Below, piece after piece: positions 1 through 8,871 of a DNA stretch of 64,000 nt. The translations under genes were made by a program, and so were the position numbers. Within the stretch, counting starts at the first letter, position 1. Each line of letters opens with the position of its first letter. Source of the stretch: Shigella phage Sf20; the sequence record MF327006. One strand, written 5' to 3'. Below the pieces are notes generated by a model. That model saw nothing but the letters and a program-made list of their open reading frames with translations. It did no database searches and was not told the DNA's origin.

Positions 1-675
1 ACGCAGCCATTGCAGAGTATCTTCTTCGCAAACATCCTCACGCCCTGAGCATGTAATGATACGATAACCATTATCACGATACAGTTTAAGCATTTCGATC
101 ACTTGCGGACGCGGTTTATCTTCTTTGACCTTTGTCCAGTCAAACGGATGACGACCGCCCTTATCCGCTAATGTCCCATCAATATCAAAGATCACCGCTT
201 TCGGTAGCATGGTATTCGGTTTGTATACTTCTTGACCCATATATTCCTGCATCAGATAAAATTGGTTACGCAAATGAGAAAGTGGAATTGCTTTCTCGCC
301 GCGATAGAAATTACGTTTCTTTAGTGTCTCAAACGGTTCATTGAACACTTGTTCAGTATACACCGCGTTAAATTCTTTTGCAAGTTCTTTGTAGAATACA
401 CGATGTTTTTCTTTCAGGTTGGTATCAGAGATAATGAGACTCAATCCGCGTGATAGAGTCTCACGAGCAATCATTCTCTGAATAGACTCTACCAGCTTTT
501 CTTTTTCCTTAGTATACTTGTATTTCAAAAGTGAGTCAACACCAAACAACATAAGACGAAGATCATCACGATTCACATTACGATAATTACTAAACCGTTT
601 ACATGTTTCCATAGCCCATGTAGTTTTACCGGACCCAGAACAACCAACGGTTAAAATCACTTCACATTTCGGCAT
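1..675 (-). CDS. pseT: polynucleotide 5'-kinase/3'-phosphatase, N-terminal ~225 aa (gene runs past window start)
   Basis: Hand-translated minus strand: MPKCEVILTVGCSGSGKTTW... (P-loop kinase) then ...AVIFDIDGTLADKGG (HAD DxDGT motif), T4 Pnk-like; ATG at 673-675 overlaps upstream stop (TAATG). Confidence 0.85.
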   Translation of the reverse strand, partial: MPKCEVILTVGCSGSGKTTWAMETCKRFSNYRNVNRDDLRLMLFGVDSLLKYKYTKEKEKLVESIQRMIARETLSRGLSLIISDTNLKEKHRVFYKELAKEFNAVYTEQVFNEPFETLKKRNFYRGEKAIPLSHLRNQFYLMQEYMGQEVYKPNTMLPKAVIFDIDGTLADKGGRHPFDWTKVKEDKPRPQVIEMLKLYRDNGYRIITCSGREDVCEEDTLQWLR

Positions 676-1127
676 TATTTCTCCTTCGGTTTGCACCGTT
701 CCTCATTAAGTTCTTTGCGATAATAACACATGATCAACTTACTTTCAAGTGTATATCTCTTGATATCCGCAAGCCAGACTCTGAATTTTTGGGAGTCCTC
801 CCACGACATAGAAACTCTAGGTTTACCGTCTATTGTATCCACTTTCAGGTCAATGTCAACTTTTTCTATTGGTGCTGGTAGTGGTGGATGTAATTTCGGT
901 TCCTGTGAATAATGGTCCATTGTACACGAAGAAAGAGCAAATACAATAGGCACAGCGAAGACATGGATTATGGCGGTCTGAAAATTCTTATGTGCTTTCT
1001 TAAACAACCAGTGTATCACGAAAATTGAAAACACCATAAGGATAATAATGCTTGCACCTATCCCCAGATAATCAACCAGATTAAAATTGCTTATCTGCTC
1101 TTGCGTAGGCAATATTTCTATGCTCAT
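675..1127 (-). CDS. putative o-spanin-like membrane/lipoprotein
   Basis: ORF track; SD AAAGGAGG; hydrophobic segments, lipobox-like FALSSC, Pro-rich region PPLPAP; position next to pseT as T4 pseT.2/pseT.3 spanins. Confidence 0.4.
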   Translation of the reverse strand: MSIEILPTQEQISNFNLVDYLGIGASIIILMVFSIFVIHWLFKKAHKNFQTAIIHVFAVPIVFALSSCTMDHYSQEPKLHPPLPAPIEKVDIDLKVDTIDGKPRVSMSWEDSQKFRVWLADIKRYTLESKLIMCYYRKELNEERCKPKEK

Positions 1128-1447
1128 TTAGTAGCCTCCTTTAATTCTTCGGTAAACTCCTTAAATGAATCATTAAGCTGTTTCTCTACCAACTTGGGTT
1201 TTTGTGCTACTACATATCCTCGTGTAGCGTCTTTCATTGCTTTGTTTTGTTCTTCTGCAAACTTAGTTCTTATTCCGTACATCTCCTTTTGTAGTGAGTC
1301 TACAACCTTCATCTTTTCATCTGTCTTTTTCTTATACTCTGTAAATTCCTGATTCAGTCGATCTACCTCCTTTTTATTTTCCCACCACATATTGCCACCT
1401 ACCCCCAGCAACACAGATATGATAACAATGTATATCAGCTTTGACAT
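1124..1447 (-). CDS. putative i-spanin-like protein (N-terminal TM helix + charged coiled-coil-like periplasmic region)
   Basis: ORF track ORF trimmed to ATG at 1445-1447 (MSKLIYIVIISVLLGVGG...); stop overlaps next start (ATGA). Confidence 0.4.
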   Translation of the reverse strand: MSKLIYIVIISVLLGVGGNMWWENKKEVDRLNQEFTEYKKKTDEKMKVVDSLQKEMYGIRTKFAEEQNKAMKDATRGYVVAQKPKLVEKQLNDSFKEFTEELKEATK

Positions 1448-1457
1448 ATTACCCCCA

Positions 1458-1485
1458 ACGACAAAAGGCGGGGAACTAGCCCCGC
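1458..1485 (-). terminator. candidate intrinsic terminator downstream of rnlA
   Basis: Minus-sense hairpin GCGGGG-CUAGUU-CCCCGC followed by CUUUUGU. Confidence 0.35.
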
Positions 1486-1491
1486 TTATTA

Positions 1492-2661
1492 TTACCAATC
1501 AATCTTATCAGCCGGAATCAGTTTCTTATAATTCCGTAGATAGTAAGTTTTCATTGAAGCCAGAATACGGTCATAATCAAGACCATCAAATGCAATCATC
1601 AGACACATGAAAATATATGCTTGTGCATCACCGTGTTTACGTGATTCGATAGTCGCATTTGATGCATATGTCTTTCTGTCTTCTCCCGCGTGTGCGTTAT
1701 AAAATTCTGTTGCTGTCGTGAAGGCATTGCGAAGAATAGACCTGAATGCTTCCTCGAATAGCTCGATTCGTTCCAGTGCTTCCGGTTCGCCTTCATATGC
1801 AGCACGCAAATCATCGGTTTCGCTTTCTACGACATAGTAGATCAGGTTATTAGGAAACATCGATGTGTTTTTAATGTTATGCACACCAATATACCATTCA
1901 CTCTTCACTTTGAACAGTTGACCGTCTTTAGTGCGTGCAACAATTCCTTCGATACCTTCTGCGGTCCGAACTTCATCAAGAATATTGCTAAAACGCGCTG
2001 AATCAACCTGTAGCGCATTTACCAGATGAGGACGTAGGATTGCGTCAGCAAATAGCATTTGATGCGGTACGTACTCTCCTGTGACGTTATGGCGTACATT
2101 CAGAAGTGTTAGCGACGGTTCAGAATATTCTACAACAATTCGGTTGCTGGGTGCTGTATATTCAAAGTTGAAAGTATAATCAGACCCAATATCAGCAATC
2201 TTAGCGCGTAGATCCGCATACTTCTCTGAATACAGAAGACCGTTTGCTCTCTCTGCCTGGCTTGAGTACAAGGCCGCTTTAGACTTCAACTGAACATAGC
2301 CGTTATCAATGTATGTGCTTACTAGACTACCGTCCATTTTGTCCATGACCATTTCCACATCTTCCGGCTTAAAGCGAGCGCGATCATTCTCACCCAAATT
2401 AAAAAACTTCTCCATAGGACGAGATGCGATGCGGACCGGACGACCTTTATCGTCAATTTCAAACATGATCCCGCGACACTCTAACGCATCTGGTTTATTC
2501 CACATTTCAGGTTTGCTCAAGTACAGATAGCTAAAAATGCGCATACGGGTTTGCATCGCCGTAATTTCATCTTTGTAATAGAACGTATCAGATCCGTCAC
2601 ATAGTGCCATCAGATTTTTGAACAATGCTAAAACTTTTTTGTTGTTTTCTTTTGTTGACAT
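1492..2661 (-). CDS. rnlA: RNA ligase 1
   Basis: 389 aa; NLMALC...RIFSYLY...RPVRIASRPMEKFFNL...FNFEYTAPSNRIV... strongly T4 gp63-like; ATG at 2659-2661. Confidence 0.9.
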   Translation of the reverse strand: MSTKENNKKVLALFKNLMALCDGSDTFYYKDEITAMQTRMRIFSYLYLSKPEMWNKPDALECRGIMFEIDDKGRPVRIASRPMEKFFNLGENDRARFKPEDVEMVMDKMDGSLVSTYIDNGYVQLKSKAALYSSQAERANGLLYSEKYADLRAKIADIGSDYTFNFEYTAPSNRIVVEYSEPSLTLLNVRHNVTGEYVPHQMLFADAILRPHLVNALQVDSARFSNILDEVRTAEGIEGIVARTKDGQLFKVKSEWYIGVHNIKNTSMFPNNLIYYVVESETDDLRAAYEGEPEALERIELFEEAFRSILRNAFTTATEFYNAHAGEDRKTYASNATIESRKHGDAQAYIFMCLMIAFDGLDYDRILASMKTYYLRNYKKLIPADKIDW

Positions 2662-3058
2662 AATTTGTGTTCCATTCTGGTTTAAATTTGGTGATCAAAA
2701 CAGGTTCTTCGATATCGGCAGTGCTTATAATATCTTTACCCGTTGGATTCTCAATATATAACTCAAAGCACTGGCGGTAATAGAATGTTACTGTCTTACC
2801 TTCCTCTAGCGCCTTATGAATATTCTTACTCTTGCGAGTATCCGCTGTTGGTGTTTGTCTGTTAATGCTAGTCCGGTAATAATTGATCCGCTTTCTGAGA
2901 TTGACAGTCTGACCAATATATACCAGTTCATCATCAACAACAATAGCGTAAAGAACATTTAAACGGTTCTTCTGAGGCGGCAGAATCACATCACCATCTT
3001 TACACTCTAAACATGAATATTTAACGAATCCATAGTTTTCTATTAGCTCATTAATCAT
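2597..3058 (-). CDS. denA: endonuclease II (GIY-YIG family)
   Basis: YGFVKYSCLE...NVLYAIVVDDELVYIGQTVNLRKRINYYRT matches T4 EndoII GIY-YIG core; SD GAGGAAAGG; 3' end overlaps rnlA start by ~65 nt. Confidence 0.8.
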   Translation of the reverse strand: MINELIENYGFVKYSCLECKDGDVILPPQKNRLNVLYAIVVDDELVYIGQTVNLRKRINYYRTSINRQTPTADTRKSKNIHKALEEGKTVTFYYRQCFELYIENPTGKDIISTADIEEPVLITKFKPEWNTNYVNKRKQQKSFSIVQKSDGTM

Positions 3059-3108
3059 TATCCTTTCCTCACGTCACAACAAAGGCGGGATTTCTCCCGC
3101 CCACCTTA

Positions 3109-3507
3109 TTAACTTTCCAGAATATCGCGAGCTTCGTTACGATCCTTGATGATTTTCAAGACAAATTCCAGTTTTTCTTTGTTCAGCGTTCCATTTTCCA
3201 TTGCTTCTTTGACGGTAAACACTCCGCCACCTTGCCCGTATACAGTGACAGTGATTTCACCTAACATCGTGGTATGAAAACCGCCAATTTTCGGTGATTC
3301 GAAAGAAACAATTACCTCGCGAACAGTATTACCGTCGTTGATTTCTGAGAGGGTAATGTCGTTTTTGTAGGCGGTTGCTTTAACCATACGGATCAGCATA
3401 GTCTGATCTGGGGAGATGGTCATTTTGTCCATTGCATGTTGCAATGCAGCGTAACCGAAAACTTTAACGAAGTCCAGAACGTCTTTGCGAGTTTGAAATT
3501 TAATCAT
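3109..3507 (-). CDS. hypothetical protein
   Basis: ORF track 132 aa; SD AAGGAG; preceded by promoter+stem-loop cassette. Confidence 0.5.
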   Translation of the reverse strand: MIKFQTRKDVLDFVKVFGYAALQHAMDKMTISPDQTMLIRMVKATAYKNDITLSEINDGNTVREVIVSFESPKIGGFHTTMLGEITVTVYGQGGGVFTVKEAMENGTLNKEKLEFVLKIIKDRNEARDILES

Positions 3508-3540
3508 CTTGATACTCCTTAGTTGTTTTGGTATGGGAGT

Positions 3541-3569
3541 ATCTTACTACTCCCGTGATATGCTGTCAA
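3541..3569 (-). promoter_or_regulatory. sigma70-type early promoter with stem-loop (PeSL-like)
   Basis: Minus sense TTGACA-N17-TAAGAT; -10 lies in hairpin GGGAGTA...TACTCCC. Confidence 0.55.
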
Positions 3570-3577
3570 CTGCTTTT

Positions 3578-3727
3578 TTATGCAACCGCAAACATCAACA
3601 TTTGAACATTCTTGGCTGTCTGGCTTTCAAAGTTCTGACATTCTTTGATAATGTCCTCTACTTTCTCGCCGGAGATCTCCGCGTAAGTTTCGATTGCCAT
3701 TTTCAGTACCGCGTCAAAGTTGTTCAT
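3578..3727 (-). CDS. small hypothetical protein (~49 aa, below ORF-track cutoff)
   Basis: Hand-translated MNNFDAVLKMAIETYAEISGEKVEDIIKECQNFESQTAKNVQMLMFAVA; SD AAGGAG; flanked by promoter cassettes. Confidence 0.35.
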   Translation of the reverse strand: MNNFDAVLKMAIETYAEISGEKVEDIIKECQNFESQTAKNVQMLMFAVA

Positions 3728-3765
3728 TTGATTCTCCTTAAAGTGTATTTCGTTTCGATGGGGGT

Positions 3766-3794
3766 ATATTACTACCCCCGTTTCATGCTGTCAA
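3766..3794 (-). promoter_or_regulatory. sigma70-type early promoter with stem-loop (PeSL-like)
   Basis: Minus sense TTGACA-N17-TAATAT; hairpin GGGGGTAGTAATATACCCC. Confidence 0.55.
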
Positions 3795-4013
3795 CTACTT
3801 TTTAATGACAAGTTCGAATTTTGCTACCTTGCGTCCTCGTTTATTGAAAGCAACCCACGGACGGTTTTCAATGTAGAACAATTCTTCACCAATAATGAAT
3901 ACTGGCTGATTGTAAAGGCGACCCATCAGGTCACGCTGGCGAATGGTAGTAGATTCGTATACTTCGCCTACTACAAAGTGCTTGCTGATAGAGTCGGTGC
4001 AAGTAAATTTCAT
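3795..4013 (-). CDS. hypothetical protein
   Basis: ORF track 72 aa; SD AAGGAG; own promoter cassette. Confidence 0.45.
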   Translation of the reverse strand: MKFTCTDSISKHFVVGEVYESTTIRQRDLMGRLYNQPVFIIGEELFYIENRPWVAFNKRGRKVAKFELVIKK

Positions 4014-4046
4014 TTTGATTCTCCTTTGTTTCGTTTCGATGGGGGT

Positions 4047-4075
4047 ATATTACTACCCCCGTTATTCAGTGTCAA
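4047..4075 (-). promoter_or_regulatory. sigma70-type early promoter with stem-loop (PeSL-like)
   Basis: Minus sense TTGACA-N17-TAATAT; near-identical copy of the 3766-3794 element. Confidence 0.55.
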
Positions 4076-4082
4076 CTACTTT

Positions 4083-4301
4083 TTACTTGTTGTATTCATT
4101 CCACCATTGGGTTAGCTTATCAATTATTTTTGTGTTTCTATCCAACTTCTCCCACCGTTTTCTAGGGTTTATCAACCGGAATAGGTAAGGTGTACTTGTT
4201 AAGTGAACTCGGTCAATGTAGTGATTGATGTACTGCTTTTCGATTCTAAGTTTCATCTTTTTACGATGAAAATATGCAATGACTTGTTCTTCTGTTTCCA
4301 T
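4083..4301 (-). CDS. hypothetical protein
   Basis: ORF track 72 aa; own promoter. Confidence 0.45.
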   Translation of the reverse strand: METEEQVIAYFHRKKMKLRIEKQYINHYIDRVHLTSTPYLFRLINPRKRWEKLDRNTKIIDKLTQWWNEYNK

Positions 4302-4325
4302 ATGTTCCTCCGTTTCGATGTGCGT

Positions 4326-4354
4326 ATTATGCTATGGTAAGATCAGATTGTCAA
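4326..4354 (-). promoter_or_regulatory. sigma70-type early promoter
   Basis: Minus sense TTGACA-N17-CATAAT. Confidence 0.5.
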
Positions 4355-4363
4355 CACCCAATA

Positions 4364-4392
4364 ACAAAAAAAGTCGCCACTATGGGCGACTT
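4364..4392 (-). terminator. intrinsic terminator downstream of the HAD-like gene
   Basis: Minus-sense hairpin AAGUCGCC-CAUAGU-GGCGACUU followed by UUUUUUGUUAUU. Confidence 0.55.
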
Positions 4393-4402
4393 TGAACAAA
4401 CA

Positions 4403-4879
4403 TTAATCATGACCGTGATTTGCAATATCCGCTCGCGTCTTATCTTTGTGATTTCCTACGTCAAAGACACGATAACCATTTTCACGCAAAACTTTAATCA
4501 CTTCTGGGTTATCCTCAAAGACTCCGACAACTTCATCTTTATCAAAGGATTTAATTACCTCTAATTTGATGTGATAGTCTTTACGGGAATCGGTACGGCC
4601 TCTCATAAAGATTTTATCAAAACACACCCCGTTAGAAATCAACCAATCAATTGTTTCCATGTAAGCATGTGAACTTCGTCCGGTGAGGATGTAAATCAAA
4701 TGCCCGTTGTCGGAAAGAGCATTAATAACACGAATTACATCGTAAATGGGGGAATCTCCCCCACATGCCTTGTTATATTCGATCCATGACTCGACTTTAT
4801 CAAGATTTTCGGTTGGCATCTTTGCTAGTCGATGTGTTGGATCTGTGATTGTAAAATCTAAATCGACAAAATATATCAT
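4403..4879 (-). CDS. HAD-superfamily phosphatase-like protein (possible nucleotidase)
   Basis: FVDLDFT (DxDxT), YILTGRS, GVFEDNP motifs; start overlaps nrdB stop (ATGA). Confidence 0.5.
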   Translation of the reverse strand: MIYFVDLDFTITDPTHRLAKMPTENLDKVESWIEYNKACGGDSPIYDVIRVINALSDNGHLIYILTGRSSHAYMETIDWLISNGVCFDKIFMRGRTDSRKDYHIKLEVIKSFDKDEVVGVFEDNPEVIKVLRENGYRVFDVGNHKDKTRADIANHGHD

Positions 4880-6036
4880 AGATATTTCCCGAATCGGTTG
4901 TAGTCATCGTCTGTTAAATCGGTATTAACCTGAGATACCAGATACATAATCTCTACTTCCTGCGCTGCATTCTGTACTTCGTCAGAGTTCAACCATTTAC
5001 GCATCCACGGTAACGGATGACGACGAACACTAAACGGGCTTTTCAGTCCGGCAGCACGCATACGGGAATCTGCCAGGTATTCTACATAGGTTTTCAGAAT
5101 TTCCGGTGACAGGTTAGGAATTGCCCCCATTGCGAATAGGTGGTCTACCCATTCTTTTTCTTGCTCGACAACATCCAGAAAGATTTTCGTTGCTTCGCCT
5201 TCAAGTTCTTCCGCAATCTGTTTCCACTCATCACCATCAACCCCCGTTTGCCATTGACGAATAATGTATTGTGTGCCTTTTAAGTGAAGTTGTTCATCAC
5301 GCGCAATAAATTTCATGATCTTCGCGTTACCTTCCAGTAAACCACGTTCGGCAAAGCTGAAAGTACATGCAAAGGACACATAAAAACGAATTGCTTCCAG
5401 TGCATTGACGCAGTGTGCACACAGATAAATCGAAGCCATCAGATCTCGTTTTGTATCTTCAAAAAATCTTCTTGCATCATCTAATGCTGTCTGGTCGTCT
5501 CGTTCTTCCCAATAGCGGAGATCTTCTTTTGCATTCTCATACTTACGAATCCAATAAAGAACATCATCATAATATTTCCCGATAGATTCCGCTCGCTTCA
5601 TGATAGCAGGGTTATCGATGATCTGGTCGAACTCACTAGCCGGATCAATGAAACAGTTACGCATAATGTGTGTATAGCTTCGGCTATGAATCGTTTCGCT
5701 GAATGTCCATGTTTGCAACCATGTATCGAGAGTTGGATCAGATACAATTGGACCAAATGCTGCGGACGGTGCGCGACCTTGAATAGAATCAAGTAATGTC
5801 TGATACTTCAAGTTTTCAGTAAAGAAACGCTTTTCAACGTCACCCATATTAAGATATTGAATGCGGTCGGTTGCAAGTGAAATTTCTTCTGGACGCCAGA
5901 AAAATGACAATTGCTTTTCGATCAGTTCTTCAAATACTTGATGACGCTGAATATCATAGCGAGCGATACCCAACCCACTACCCAGAAACATTGGTTCGTT
6001 CATAATATCAACATGTTCGCGGTTAAATACGCTCAT
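4876..6036 (-). CDS. nrdB: ribonucleotide reductase beta subunit
   Basis: 386 aa, class Ia R2-like, uninterrupted (no intron); SD GAGGTG. Confidence 0.9.
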   Translation of the reverse strand: MSVFNREHVDIMNEPMFLGSGLGIARYDIQRHQVFEELIEKQLSFFWRPEEISLATDRIQYLNMGDVEKRFFTENLKYQTLLDSIQGRAPSAAFGPIVSDPTLDTWLQTWTFSETIHSRSYTHIMRNCFIDPASEFDQIIDNPAIMKRAESIGKYYDDVLYWIRKYENAKEDLRYWEERDDQTALDDARRFFEDTKRDLMASIYLCAHCVNALEAIRFYVSFACTFSFAERGLLEGNAKIMKFIARDEQLHLKGTQYIIRQWQTGVDGDEWKQIAEELEGEATKIFLDVVEQEKEWVDHLFAMGAIPNLSPEILKTYVEYLADSRMRAAGLKSPFSVRRHPLPWMRKWLNSDEVQNAAQEVEIMYLVSQVNTDLTDDDYNRFGKYL

Positions 6037-6051
6037 TAATTCACCTCACTA

Positions 6052-6219
6052 TCACTTTTTAACACAAAAGAACTTAGTATTTCTGTTTATTTCGTTATCC
6101 TGTTGCAATTCCTGCACGGCTTCAAAACAGCTTTGATGTGATGAAAACTCCACGCTGGTAACAGTTCCTTTATTATATGATCCTACGCTAACGGAAAGCA
6201 ATAACCATAATGTAGCCAT
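6052..6219 (-). CDS. small hypothetical protein (55 aa), paralog of the next gene
   Basis: Hand-translated MATLWLLLSVSVGSYNKGTVTSVEFSSHQSCFEAVQELQQDNEINRNTKFFCVKK; coupled start (TAATG). Confidence 0.35.
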   Translation of the reverse strand: MATLWLLLSVSVGSYNKGTVTSVEFSSHQSCFEAVQELQQDNEINRNTKFFCVKK

Positions 6220-6392
6220 TAGTTCACCTTTTGTTTTTCAACGCAATATAGATTCATAAAGCGTTTATTGTCTTCGCGGATAATCTCGCGAGCTTTAACG
6301 CAATCCTGCTTTGTTGCAAACTCAATGATTGACATATTTCCGTAATTATACATTGAATTGCTTATTGCAATCAATAACCATACAGTAGCCAT
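6219..6392 (-). CDS. small hypothetical protein (57 aa), paralog of the previous gene
   Basis: Hand-translated MATVWLLIAISNSMYNYGNMSIIEFATKQDCVKAREIIREDNKRFMNLYCVEKQKVN; coupled start. Confidence 0.35.
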   Translation of the reverse strand: MATVWLLIAISNSMYNYGNMSIIEFATKQDCVKAREIIREDNKRFMNLYCVEKQKVN

Positions 6393-6559
6393 TATCCTAC
6401 AACCTCAAAACATTTATCATCGGGAAGAATAACCCATTCTACGCCGTATTCATCCTCAACGTAGTAGCAAGTCCCATCATATCGAGCCTCATATACATTA
6501 CCGACAACAAAGCTATCAGCTAGCTCAAAATCTACAGCAACACATTTTAATTTGGTCAT
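6392..6559 (-). CDS. small hypothetical protein
   Basis: ORF track ORF trimmed to ATG at 6557-6559 with SD GAGGA (track start lies inside the promoter). Confidence 0.4.
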   Translation of the reverse strand: MTKLKCVAVDFELADSFVVGNVYEARYDGTCYYVEDEYGVEWVILPDDKCFEVVG

Positions 6560-6590
6560 AATAAAATCCTCACTTGTTTTTGATGGTTGT

Positions 6591-6619
6591 ATTATAGCGG
6601 GGATTTCTCCCCGCGTCAA
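6591..6619 (-). promoter_or_regulatory. sigma70-type early promoter with spacer stem-loop
   Basis: Minus sense TTGACG-N17-TATAAT; spacer forms GCGGGGA-GAAA-TCCCCGC. Confidence 0.55.
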
Positions 6620-6627
6620 CACTTATT

Positions 6628-8871
6628 TTACAGCTTGCAAGATGAGCACTCGCTAGCGTCTTCCGTACCATCTGCACCGTCGCGAACGTTCGCATAATAC
6701 AGGGTTTTCAGACCGTAATATTGAGCAAACAACATATCATCTAACACATCAGCAATATCGACTTTACCAGTCTTATAAGTGCTTGGATCGTATGATGTAT
6801 TGGAACTAATCGCCTGATCCACAAACTTCTGCATGATCGCTGCCAGTGTCAGATAGGGCTTGTTACCTTTCTTGATCAGTGTCCAAAGCAGGTCAATAAC
6901 ATCAGCATTATTCTCTACGTTCGGAATAACCTGATTAAATTGCCCTTCTTTCGATCCTTTAACCGATACAATCCCGCGAGGCGGTTCAATACCGTTTGTG
7001 CTGTTAGATACCTGAGAAGACGACTCACAAGGCATCAGAGCCGAAAGCGTACTATTACGAATGCCATATTTTTTCAGGTCTTCGCGCAGTTCTTCCCAAT
7101 CCATCTCATACACAGGATCAACCAGTTCATCTACTGTCTTTTTGTACCAGTCGATAGGCAGTTCACCGCGTCCATAACGTGTTTCGTGCATCAGTTCGCA
7201 AGCACCCTTCTCTTTAGCCAGTTGCACACTAGCCTTAATCAGAGCATATTGCAAGCGTTCAAACGTTTTATGCGTAAACTCGTTAGCGTCTTCATATGTG
7301 AAGAAATTATCCGCTAGATATGACGCAAAGTTAGTCACACCAACACCCAGAGAGCGACGTTTTTTGGCTGTCAGAGCTTGTTCTACAGGATAATCCTGAT
7401 AATCTAACAGGTTGTCAAGTGCACGCACCATAACCATAGCAATGCGTTCTACTTCTTCCATGTTTTCGATATCGAAATTACCTAAAACATATGCTGCCAA
7501 AGTACATAGGCTAATTTCTGAATCATCACGACCCATCGGTTTTGTAGGCAGAGCAATTTCACAACACAGGTTAGATTGTTTAATCGGTGCTACATTACGA
7601 ATAAACGCCCCGTGATTGTTCATGTTGTCTGTGAACGTTGGGTAGATTCGACCAGTGTTAAAACGTTCAATTGCCACCGCTAAAAACAGGTCTTCGGCTT
7701 TAACACGAGTTTTACGAACACTCGGATCTTTTTCCAGTTTTTCGTAAAGCTGGCGGAAACCTTCCTCATCTCGGAAGTATAGATCCCACAACAAGCCACC
7801 TGCAATATCTGGACTAAACAGAGTAATGTAATCCCGTTTAAGGAATCGCTCTACCATCAGGTTATTAATCTGTACGCCGTAGTCAAGATGGCGAATGCGG
7901 TTATCTTCCACGCCCTTATTGTTCTTTAACACAATCAGACTTTCAAACTCTAAATGCCACATTGGGTAATAGAGTGTCGCTGCCCCGCCACGAATACCGC
8001 CTTGTGAGCATGACTTAACGGCAGTCTGAAAATGTTTCCAGAATGGGATAACGCCAGTATGACGAACTTCACCATGCCCGATCTTAGATCCTTCCGCGCG
8101 AATCATGCCAGCGTTGATACCGATACCAGCACGCTTGCTAATATACTTAATGATTGCATTTGCGGTTTCATTAATACCCTGCAATGAGTCATCACTTTCA
8201 ATCACCACACACGAACTAAATTGGCGTGTTGGAGTACGCACACCCGCCATAATCGGAGTAGGCAGAGAGATTTGCTTATTCGCAACAGCATTATAAAAAT
8301 CAATCACATGTTCAAGTCGATTTTCTGTCTCTTCTTGATGCAAGCACATACCGATCAGCATATACGCAAATTGCGGTGTTTCAATGATTTTCTTAGTGCT
8401 GCGATCCTGAACAAGATATTTCTCTTTTAACTGCATCGCACCAGCATAGGTCATTTTAAAATCAAGTTTATGGTCGATGAATTTCTCCAGATATTCCACT
8501 TCTTCACGGGAATACTTTTGCAGAATTTCGCGATCATATTTTCCGGTTGCAATATTACGCTCAATATGGCTGTAAAAATCAATCGGTTGGAATTGACCGT
8601 ATACTGATTTGCGAAGCGCGAACATTGCAAGGTTACTTGCTACATATTGATAATCGGGTGTTTCTACAGTGATGTTATCTGCGGCGACCTTAATCAATAC
8701 TTTCTGGATATCATTGGTAGACATACCTTCTGTCAGAAGTGGTTCAACCATATCAAACAATTCATATGGATCAACGTTATGACCTTCGGCTGCCGCTTCC
8801 AGAATTTTCATCACTTTTTCTTTTTCAAACGGAACAGTCAGACCGGAAGACTTAACAACATTTTTAATCAT
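6628..8871 (-). CDS. nrdA: ribonucleotide reductase alpha subunit
   Basis: 747 aa; ATP-cone N-terminus, C-terminal CSSCKL-type tail; SD GAGGT. Confidence 0.95.
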   Translation of the reverse strand: MIKNVVKSSGLTVPFEKEKVMKILEAAAEGHNVDPYELFDMVEPLLTEGMSTNDIQKVLIKVAADNITVETPDYQYVASNLAMFALRKSVYGQFQPIDFYSHIERNIATGKYDREILQKYSREEVEYLEKFIDHKLDFKMTYAGAMQLKEKYLVQDRSTKKIIETPQFAYMLIGMCLHQEETENRLEHVIDFYNAVANKQISLPTPIMAGVRTPTRQFSSCVVIESDDSLQGINETANAIIKYISKRAGIGINAGMIRAEGSKIGHGEVRHTGVIPFWKHFQTAVKSCSQGGIRGGAATLYYPMWHLEFESLIVLKNNKGVEDNRIRHLDYGVQINNLMVERFLKRDYITLFSPDIAGGLLWDLYFRDEEGFRQLYEKLEKDPSVRKTRVKAEDLFLAVAIERFNTGRIYPTFTDNMNNHGAFIRNVAPIKQSNLCCEIALPTKPMGRDDSEISLCTLAAYVLGNFDIENMEEVERIAMVMVRALDNLLDYQDYPVEQALTAKKRRSLGVGVTNFASYLADNFFTYEDANEFTHKTFERLQYALIKASVQLAKEKGACELMHETRYGRGELPIDWYKKTVDELVDPVYEMDWEELREDLKKYGIRNSTLSALMPCESSSQVSNSTNGIEPPRGIVSVKGSKEGQFNQVIPNVENNADVIDLLWTLIKKGNKPYLTLAAIMQKFVDQAISSNTSYDPSTYKTGKVDIADVLDDMLFAQYYGLKTLYYANVRDGADGTEDASECSSCKL

